A DNA stretch of 35,052 nucleotides, from positions 1 through 35,052 of IMG/VR virus record IMGVR_UViG_3300047283_000060, one strand, 5' to 3'. The position numbers and the translations under genes were made by a program. Source of the DNA: a virus. Taxonomy: Duplodnaviria; Caudoviricetes. Below are positions 1 through 7,600 of the stretch, piece after piece. The notes beneath the pieces were generated by a model. That model saw only the letters and a program-made list of their open reading frames with translations. It did no database searches and was not told the origin of the DNA. How positions within the stretch are numbered: the first letter of the stretch is position 1; each line of letters starts with the position of its first letter.

Positions 1-57
1 GGTGATCTGTGGGATATCAAAGATTGTGAAATCGTAGATGAGGAGACAGACGAATGA
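1..57 (+). CDS. 3' end of a truncated small acidic early protein
   Basis: Frame 1 reads GDLWDIKDCEIVDEETDE*; its TGA overlaps the next ATG (ATGA at 54-57). Confidence 0.5.
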   Translation, partial: GDLWDIKDCEIVDEETDE

Positions 58-239
58 AATCACCTAACAACATAGTGATCGACAATATCGACAATGACGA
101 TATTGTTAGTTTTCACCAAGACTTGGACACTTTGCGGCAAAAGTATAATGTGCGTATTCGCATCAAAGACAATGGCCGCACTAATAAATCGTTACGTGAC
201 TTGCCACTTGCAAGTGAATGCTATGGAGATTCAGAATGA
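54..239 (+). CDS. hypothetical early protein (61 aa)
   Basis: GAGGAG SD upstream; ATGA coupling at both ends. Confidence 0.7.
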   Translation: MKSPNNIVIDNIDNDDIVSFHQDLDTLRQKYNVRIRIKDNGRTNKSLRDLPLASECYGDSE

Positions 240-448
240 AATATCTTACTACAACTGAAATAGAGAAAATGAATAGTATTGCCAGTCGGTTAGAAGATGA
301 CGATATTGACTTATGGAATGACTATGACGCTTGGTATGATGCGTTCGTTGCCGAGTTTGGTAAAGAACGATTTGACGAAGTGTCCGATGAAGGCACTCCC
401 TACGATGATTGGTTACAAGGCTTTACTGATGAGGAGACAACAGAATGA
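236..448 (+). CDS. small highly acidic early protein (70 aa)
   Basis: Start moved from 218 to the ATGA overlap at 236, with GGAG upstream; 22 D/E versus 5 K/R. Confidence 0.75.
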   Translation: MKYLTTTEIEKMNSIASRLEDDDIDLWNDYDAWYDAFVAEFGKERFDEVSDEGTPYDDWLQGFTDEETTE

Positions 449-657
449 CTAAACTACCCAAAGGCTATCGTTTCATTGTTGGCAAAACAAGCGAAACTCT
501 CTTTCCAAAACTATCTAAAGGTCAGCATTCCGCTAACAATCAGTGGTTTCTAATGGCGTATAATCGTCTTACCGATAATGGTGAAATGAAAAGCCCTGAT
601 AAATCTTACCAAACTATTCGTAAAGTTGAGCAAACTTGTGAATGGGAAGTGTTGTAA
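445..657 (+). CDS. hypothetical early protein (70 aa)
   Basis: GAGGAG SD, ATGA overlap; stop codon lies inside the GTTGTAATAATACAAC palindrome. Confidence 0.7.
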   Translation: MTKLPKGYRFIVGKTSETLFPKLSKGQHSANNQWFLMAYNRLTDNGEMKSPDKSYQTIRKVEQTCEWEVL

Positions 658-711
658 TAATACAACGCACAGAGGTGACAATAAATCATCTCTGTGCTAT
701 AATATTTACTT
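651..711 (+). promoter_or_regulatory. repeated early promoter element, copy A (palindrome + hairpin-embedded sigma70 promoter)
   Basis: GTTGTA-ATAA-TACAAC 651-666; GTGACA 675-680, 17 bp, TGcTATAAT 698-703; arms GCACAGAG/CTCTGTGC. Confidence 0.85.
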
Positions 712-738
712 ATCAACAACGAACTTAGGAGTTCAAAA

Positions 739-1242
739 ATGGGTCAAGCAAAACTACGCAAACAAGAGATTGCTCAACTAAAAGCAAACTCAGCAAAGCA
801 AACTAAAGAGCTTATCGGCTTTGGTACGTTCTACCGTGACGATAAAGACGATGGAGTAGCTATTAGCTTCAATACTCTAGGTAATGAACCAATACCTGGA
901 TTCACTAAACATACATACGAATCCACAGTTGAATGTGGTAATCGTATGATTGAAAAAATCAAAAAAGGTGAAAAAACAGTGGAATCAATATTCCAACAAC
1001 TCAAAGAAGCTATCAAGCTTTACAATGTTATCTGCTTTGGGACAGAAGTGCGCCCTCAAAAGATTACTCATCACGTGACACTTGCCGATAACGGTGTTGT
1101 CAATATTGACCTTATTACACTGATATCAGTTATTATGAGCGATATCTATGTTCTAACAGAACTCGGAGTTATCAAAAACGATAACTACAACGGATTGCAT
1201 ATTATGCATATGACTGATAATCGTATTACAGCAATGTTGTAA
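739..1242 (+). CDS. hypothetical early protein with basic MGQAKLRK N-terminus
   Basis: 167-aa ORF, AGGAG SD, directly after promoter copy A. Confidence 0.8.
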   Translation: MGQAKLRKQEIAQLKANSAKQTKELIGFGTFYRDDKDDGVAISFNTLGNEPIPGFTKHTYESTVECGNRMIEKIKKGEKTVESIFQQLKEAIKLYNVICFGTEVRPQKITHHVTLADNGVVNIDLITLISVIMSDIYVLTELGVIKNDNYNGLHIMHMTDNRITAML

Positions 1243-1306
1243 TAATACAACACACAGAGGTGACAATAAATCATCTCTGTGCTATAATATTTACTTCTAA
1301 ACAACT
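1235..1306 (+). promoter_or_regulatory. repeated early promoter element, copy B
   Basis: Near-identical to 651-711; GTGACA 1260-1265, TATAAT 1283-1288. Confidence 0.85.
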
Positions 1307-1320
1307 AATGAAAGACTATT

Positions 1321-2178
1321 ATGGCTTCAACTAAGCAAATGCAAGAACGTGCAAAGCAGAAAAAAATGTCTGCTAAAATCGGCAAACTCAACTCTATTAG
1401 AAATCAAAATGACGAGGCTATCGCTATCGCATTGATCCCTTACATCAAACAAATGTCAGAGGACAGCAGAGAAAAGATTGCTCAATCTAATGTTCGTTAC
1501 CAAGAACGTTTTGGTAAACGTAATCCACTCAACTTCAAGCCACTATCATTGGAAGAAACAGTTCCATATATGGCAATGTTCAAACTTGAATACGAGAATG
1601 TTATAATGCCTGACTTCACTGATAAAAAAGTGCATAAGGAGTTTTCGGATCATACACAAAGTCTAGGCATCTATGCAGGTAAGACACTTGTTGGATTCGT
1701 CAAGTTCAATATGTTGACTGCAACACGCATACTTGATAATGGACTGTCAGTTGAATATCCAATGGCAATGATTGACGTTGTTCACGTGTTCAAAGAATAT
1801 CGTAACTATGGTATCGCTACAAAAGTATATCAGACAGTTATGGATAACAGTGGCTTTGGCGAAGAGTTCCTGCGTAGTCATACTTGCCAAGCAGTCAACA
1901 TACAATCAAAACGTGTAGTTGATAAAGCATCATACTGGTTATCGATTGGTCTTGGACGAGTGCAACCTCATCCACAACACGATGATATGTTGTATCTCAA
2001 AACTGGATACGAAAGTACAACTACCAGCAGAAGTATTACTCCATTCTTGTCAGTAAAAGCAATGGTAATGTATAAAAACGATCCACTGCGTAGTATTGGC
2101 TTTGAAGATATGGCTCGCAAACTATCAAACTCAGGGATCGGTGTAATGCTGTTAAGTGCTATGGAAGATATGGAATAA
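1321..2178 (+). CDS. GNAT-domain acetyltransferase-like early protein
   Basis: Acetyl-CoA binding motif A-like IDVVHVFKEYRNYGIATKVY, preceded by a GKTLVGFV strand. Confidence 0.65.
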   Translation: MASTKQMQERAKQKKMSAKIGKLNSIRNQNDEAIAIALIPYIKQMSEDSREKIAQSNVRYQERFGKRNPLNFKPLSLEETVPYMAMFKLEYENVIMPDFTDKKVHKEFSDHTQSLGIYAGKTLVGFVKFNMLTATRILDNGLSVEYPMAMIDVVHVFKEYRNYGIATKVYQTVMDNSGFGEEFLRSHTCQAVNIQSKRVVDKASYWLSIGLGRVQPHPQHDDMLYLKTGYESTTTSRSITPFLSVKAMVMYKNDPLRSIGFEDMARKLSNSGIGVMLLSAMEDME

Positions 2179-2246
2179 CACACATTCGCAAGTGTGCTGT
2201 GTAGTTGTGCGCTCACACTTCTACTACACAGAGTTTTAGACCTTTA

Positions 2247-2282
2247 CGTGGGGGAGGGTTTGCGAAACCCCACGCATTTTTT
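2247..2282 (+). terminator. probable rho-independent terminator/attenuator
   Basis: CGTGGGG...CCCCACG stem with inner GGGTTT-GCG-AAACCC, followed by a T run. Confidence 0.5.
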
Positions 2283-2293
2283 GAAAGAACATT

Positions 2294-2518
2294 ATGATTT
2301 TACGAAGTGTCCTATTTTCGTGTTTATTCTTGTCCGGCTGTGCTACTGACAAAACAATGTTAGAACGTGTAGGCGATCATTATAACTCACGTGACCCTTG
2401 CCAATATAAGGGAAAGCCTGAGGGCTATAAGTTAGCTGACTTCTGTGGTGCAAACAGAAACAAACAAACTTATACAGTAAGAGACAATAGTGGAAAGACA
2501 GTTTACAAAGTTCAGTAA
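2294..2518 (+). CDS. small lipoprotein (possible superinfection exclusion)
   Basis: Hydrophobic signal peptide ending in lipobox LSG-C, plus two further Cys. Confidence 0.65.
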   Translation: MILRSVLFSCLFLSGCATDKTMLERVGDHYNSRDPCQYKGKPEGYKLADFCGANRNKQTYTVRDNSGKTVYKVQ

Positions 2519-2520
2519 AG

Positions 2521-2560
2521 AAAAAGCCCCTAGGAGAATGACTAAAAACTCTAGGGGCTT
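2521..2560 (-). terminator. rho-independent terminator ending the minus-strand late transcripts
   Basis: AAGCCCCTAG (2524-2533)/CTAGGGGCTT (2551-2560) stem with U-tract on the minus strand, at the strand convergence. Confidence 0.8.
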
Positions 2561-2697
2561 AAATGCCTTTCGGCATCAGGGAACGAACTTATTATTATGA
2601 AACGAAAATGTAAAGAGACAATAAAGGACATCTACCTTGGCAGGTTTAAATGTTTAGGATAACTGAAATATGCAATTCAGGTTTGTCTCTTTACACA
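2521..2697 (-). ncRNA. candidate structured late ncRNA (~175 nt)
   Basis: ATAAATA motif at 2701-2707 upstream; 13-bp perfect closing helix 2609-2621/2683-2695 enclosing two hairpins; AUGCC-GAAA-GGCAU hairpin; terminator; no ORF >=60 aa. Confidence 0.55.
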
Positions 2698-2730
2698 TAC
2701 TATTTATCACACTTGCAAATGAACGTGATT

Positions 2731-3165
2731 TTATTCGGTAGTGCTACGTAGCTTCCACATAATCTTACCTAATCCATCCATCTGACCTTCGATGAAGTTG
2801 ATTAAGCCATATTGCTTAAACTCAACCGCAATGTCGTGGCATTCTTCATAATGGTCCATAACTATTTGACTATCTGCAAGTAAATCTTTGACCATTACCA
2901 ATGCTTCTGGAGTTCCTTTACTATCTTCAATAGTACCAAGTTCCATTATTCTTACTAAGCTGAATGGAGCGATTGCTTGCAACACTCTAATGTGTTCGCC
3001 AATCGTATCTGTTGCGTCATCTGCAAACTCATACACTTCACCAAACAGTTGATGGTACTGAACGAAGTCAGGCCCAACTACGTTTACGTGAAAGCCGTGA
3101 CTTTTTACATAATATTGATAGTTCGTTGCGAACAATCTTTTCATACATTCTATTAGTGTTTCCAT
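2731..3165 (-). CDS. dps: Dps / DNA-binding ferritin-like protein
   Basis: KSHGFHVNVVGPDFVQYHQLFGEVYE...DTIGEHIR and KIMWKLRS match Dps ferroxidase signatures. Confidence 0.9.
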   Translation of the reverse strand: METLIECMKRLFATNYQYYVKSHGFHVNVVGPDFVQYHQLFGEVYEFADDATDTIGEHIRVLQAIAPFSLVRIMELGTIEDSKGTPEALVMVKDLLADSQIVMDHYEECHDIAVEFKQYGLINFIEGQMDGLGKIMWKLRSTTE

Positions 3166-3366
3166 TTACTTACCTTGTATTGTATTTAGTTTTTCTTCAA
3201 TGCGATCTAACGCTTTGTTTTGATGTTCCATATGTGCTTGTATCACAGTGGTTCGTTTGTCTAGTTCATCTATCTTACTATTCATACTCATATAACCAGT
3301 GCCACCAAGACCTAGTGCACCAATGACTATCCAACTTATTTGTTTGAGACTGAATTCCATAATCAT
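3166..3366 (-). CDS. small single-TM coiled-coil membrane protein (holin-like)
   Basis: TM segment ISWIVIGALGLGGTGY followed by heptad coil; located at the end of the tail module. Confidence 0.5.
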   Translation of the reverse strand: MIMEFSLKQISWIVIGALGLGGTGYMSMNSKIDELDKRTTVIQAHMEHQNKALDRIEEKLNTIQGK

Positions 3367-3367
3367 T

Positions 3368-4657
3368 TTAGAACACTATGTTTTGACCCACAGCCGTGCC
3401 GTAACTTGAGGAAGTCAACGTACCTGCCGCATCAGTTAATCCAGCAGTTGAGAAACTGGTAGCACCCGCACTAACAGTTAGACCACCTGCCGATACAGTT
3501 ATAGGACTAAATCCCCAAACATAACCATAACTATAAGTACCAAGTAAAGTACCATCGTCTGGTACAGTCATCAACATACCTTTTCTGACACCAGAAAAAT
3601 ATGAGTAACCATTTATTAATATTCTACCATTATACCAATTGATATTATTTGATCCAACATCTTCTGCCGTACTTGGAGTTGCAGGAGTTAAGTTATAACC
3701 ATTCAAACCACGAGCCCATACTATAGTGCCATTTGTATCAAACTTAATTACCTGAGCAGTTACTGGAGGTCCAAACTCACAACCTAAATAAACGTTGTCG
3801 CTACTATCTATCGCAATGCTAGTACTATTTACGCTAAAATTTAATTCATTCTGCCATTGCAATGTACCACTACTGTTTAGTTTCACAATAAAATTATTAT
3901 TAGTTGGAGTGTCAGAACACGTTATATAAACATTGCCACTACTATCAACACCTAACGCTTGACCATTTACATCAACAGTACCAGTCGTGTAACCTATTCG
4001 TTTCTGCCACGTGATAGTAAAACTACTATTCATTTTTATTACAACAGTTGATTCTCTGCTACCACTTGACTGTTCGTTTATTAACAAATATACATTGCCA
4101 CTGCTATCTGTTGTCACTGCTACTACTTGACTGCTACTACTTGCTTGATTCTGTGTTAATAATGCGCCAGTACTAGAACTCATTTTACCAATAAATCCGT
4201 CACTACCAGCTGACTTACCGGTGACAATTAAGTTAGCACTGCTATCAACTAACGCAACATCGTATACGTTTTCTTGCGTACTTGTACCAATAGTTCTTTG
4301 CCATTGCAATGAACCACTACTATCAAATTTACTAATATACAAATCTCTTTGACCAACTGTATTAGCGGTAGTCGTTCCAACAGTATATTGATTGTAACTA
4401 CTATCTAATACCATATTGTTAGGTATATCAGCAGTTGAAGATCCACTTAAGCTTTGAGAAAAGATAGCAGTGTTATCTGGACCATATCTTGCAACAACGA
4501 TATCGTTATTAGCTGTGCCAGGAGATCCAACCCAATAAGTGTTACCACCTAATGTTTGATAGCCCTGAACTATATCATTGACACCATCTATAAGATAGAT
4601 GCCGTACTTTAATCCACTAGCACTGATAAATCTGAAACCACCAACTGCACTAAACAT
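3368..4657 (-). CDS. beta-propeller putative receptor-binding/adhesin protein
   Basis: Repeated DSSGNVY...K(F/L/M)(D/N)SSG.LQWQ blades; translationally coupled to the long fibre. Confidence 0.75.
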   Translation of the reverse strand: MFSAVGGFRFISASGLKYGIYLIDGVNDIVQGYQTLGGNTYWVGSPGTANNDIVVARYGPDNTAIFSQSLSGSSTADIPNNMVLDSSYNQYTVGTTTANTVGQRDLYISKFDSSGSLQWQRTIGTSTQENVYDVALVDSSANLIVTGKSAGSDGFIGKMSSSTGALLTQNQASSSSQVVAVTTDSSGNVYLLINEQSSGSRESTVVIKMNSSFTITWQKRIGYTTGTVDVNGQALGVDSSGNVYITCSDTPTNNNFIVKLNSSGTLQWQNELNFSVNSTSIAIDSSDNVYLGCEFGPPVTAQVIKFDTNGTIVWARGLNGYNLTPATPSTAEDVGSNNINWYNGRILINGYSYFSGVRKGMLMTVPDDGTLLGTYSYGYVWGFSPITVSAGGLTVSAGATSFSTAGLTDAAGTLTSSSYGTAVGQNIVF

Positions 4658-7600
4658 TATGCATACCCTGTTGTTAATGTAGCCATATAAAAACTACCAT
4701 CATAGAATGCTGAAATAACATCCATTGATCCAGCACTAGTGCTTAATGTTTTAAAACTACTAGCAAATTTCCACGCACTATTTGCAGTCAATGTATAGTT
4801 ACCAGTACCACCTTGCACTAATCTCAATGTAAAACTTGAACCATTTTGAACATTAGTTACAGCGTTAAGAGTAATGTTGCCAGTTAAATTCATATATTGT
4901 ATTGAGCCATTATTTAAGTCTGGCGTAACATTGCCAGACACGTTGCCCATATCATACAATGTTTCTTTGAACTTAGTAAGATTTAAATTACCACCATACT
5001 CAACATTACCAGCAAAACTGGCAGTTCCATTCGCATAGAAGTTATGTGTTTTTGATTGATTGTTGATACCACCGTTAGTATCATTTACAGATATTTGAAA
5101 GCCGATTGGTATATTAGCACCATTTGCTGTATAACTAGCATCAACTCTGCCACGAATAAAACCAACACTGTTAGTTTGATAGTTAGCACCATTATGTGCA
5201 AAGTAACTCAACGAGCCTATGTTATCACCTGGATTTACACTTGTTGGACTAGTATTACTACCTCTAGCTCTAGCCCACGCAATACGATGTGCATCACTTA
5301 ATGGATTACCAAAAGTGTTGATACGCAACATATTAATTACTGAACTTGTTGGGAATGTGTTCATAAATCCACCATTCTCTAACATAACTAAATTTGCAGT
5401 GTTATTAACACTAAACGCTATTGTGCCATTCGCAGTAGGGATACTTACATTACTTGTACCATTTGCTATTGCAGTAGGTATTGTGCTTGGAGCACTACTG
5501 AATACACCATTGCCTAATAATACATTACTTGCATTACCATCTAAATTTAATGTTGCAATGTTACCTAATCCAGTTATGTTGGCAACAGCAATGTTACTTA
5601 ATCCACCACCATCAGCAAAGATAACATTAGCTAATGTTACATTACCATTAGCCCAGAAATTATGAAATTTTTGTGTATTAGTTGTGCCACCTACAGTATC
5701 ATTAACTGTGATTTGCCATCCAACTGGAATGTTAGCGCCATTTGCAATATAGCTATTATCTACAATTGCTTTAAATCTGCCACCACTACTAGTCGCTAAT
5801 GCTGTTCCATTGTAACCTAGTGCAATTAAATCCATTAGTCCATCGTTTGGTTGAACACTTAAATTAGCACCAGAACTGCCACGATATCTAAAACTAGCAA
5901 TACGACTTGCATTCTGTCCATTTGCAGTTGTACCATAATTAGTGCTTATAGCCAACCAATTATTATAGCCGCCAGCCAATGGAGTTGTAAACATACTTCC
6001 ATTACCATCGATGCGAGCCACATTAGCATTGCCTACAGGATTGAATTGAATACTACCATTTGCAGCCGTAAAACTAATATTGCTGTTGCCATTAATCAAT
6101 GTACCAGCAAAGTTAGAATAGTTAGCGTTGCCTACATTAGCATTACTTGATAAATCATATGTAATCTCACCTGTAATATTATCATAGAACATTACATTCG
6201 CGGTGTTAGCATTTCTTACTGGCTTAACAGTAAATGTGTTTGCTGTTGTTTGCTCTAATGAGCCACCGGTAGCATTCAATATGATACTATTGTTTGCTTG
6301 ATTTGTAAAGCCGGCTTGTGCTCCAATTGCTATTGCGTTACTACCCTGTCCAGTATAACCTGCGGCCCAACCAAAACTGATACTATTGTTACCTTGATTA
6401 GTTTGTCCTGCGCCATAACCTAACGCAAAACTATTTGCACCTTGAGTAAACTCACCTGCTTGACGACCAATCGCAACACTATATTGACCTTGTGTATTAG
6501 CACCAGCATAATAACCTAATGCTACTGATTGAGTGCCTTGATTATTATAGGCAGCACTGATACCCATTGCAACACTAAACTCACCTTGTATATTGTTACC
6601 AGCATCTTGACCAATAGCGACGGCATATTGACTTTGTGTGTTTGAGCCGGCTCGCAAACCAATGGCCACTGTACTGTTACCTTGTGCGTTCGAACCTGCC
6701 AGTGCACCAAACGCAAGAGCATAATTACCTTGATTAGCGTCACCAGCAAAATAACCAACTGCTAATGATTGAGCACCTTGATTAGTAGTGCCTGCATTTG
6801 CTCCAATTGCTGTTTCACCATTAAGTCCAGTATTTAAGAACTGACCACTTGCTAATGTAATGTTACCATTACTATTGATGCTTGTAGTTCTCAATGTGTT
6901 AGCACTATTGTAAGTATCAAACTTAATACTTGCTGGTATGTTTGCACTATTAGCAACATATGTGCTATCAACTACTACACGCATTTGTGTTGGTCTTGTT
7001 GATTGATAACTTGAACCGTTATGTCCAACAAAAGTTAATTTGCCCAATTCATCACTTGGTTCAACGGTTAAATTAGCATCACGGTTGCCACGGGCTCTTT
7101 GAACAAATAAACTGGATCCTATTTGCTGTAAATTACTGGTACTTGCACCATAGTTTTGAACAAAAATCCCAATTGTAGATTGTCCTAAACTTGTGTTAGG
7201 TGCTGTGCCTGGGACAATTTGAAGTCCACCACTATTAGTAAATACTAAAGTATTTTGAGGACTAGTGGCACTTGTGTTGCTCACCTCTCCTGTAGGATTA
7301 CCGGTAATCAGATTATATTGGCCGCCACTCCAAGCCGCATTAGCATTAGCATTTATCGATACCGCTGTAAATGTTTGACCAACACTAAAAGCATTAGTAG
7401 TGCCATTATAAACATATCCAGCCACTTGATGTATTCTATCACCAGAAGATACCGTTGTTGGAGTAGCAACATTGCCACGACTTCTAACAACTCTATCAGC
7501 AGGATATCCTAAACTATTATTAGGATGATATATTGTTGTTAGTTTGTAAGTTCCAACATTACCAAAATTAGTTGCAAAAGTAATGTTATTAGAACCAAAT

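Noticed and set aside
2294-2518. Lipoprotein as o-spanin
   Set aside because: Opposite strand to the late genes, no adjacent i-spanin and not proline-rich
2560-2582. Hammerhead ribozyme in the ncRNA candidate (CUGAUG...GAAA)
   Set aside because: Reads CUGAUGC rather than CUGANGA, and GAAA is a tetraloop, so the catalytic core cannot form
2521-2697. phi29-type packaging pRNA
   Set aside because: Size and three-way junction are superficially similar, but the phage has TerS/TerL packaging and I see no complementary loop pair
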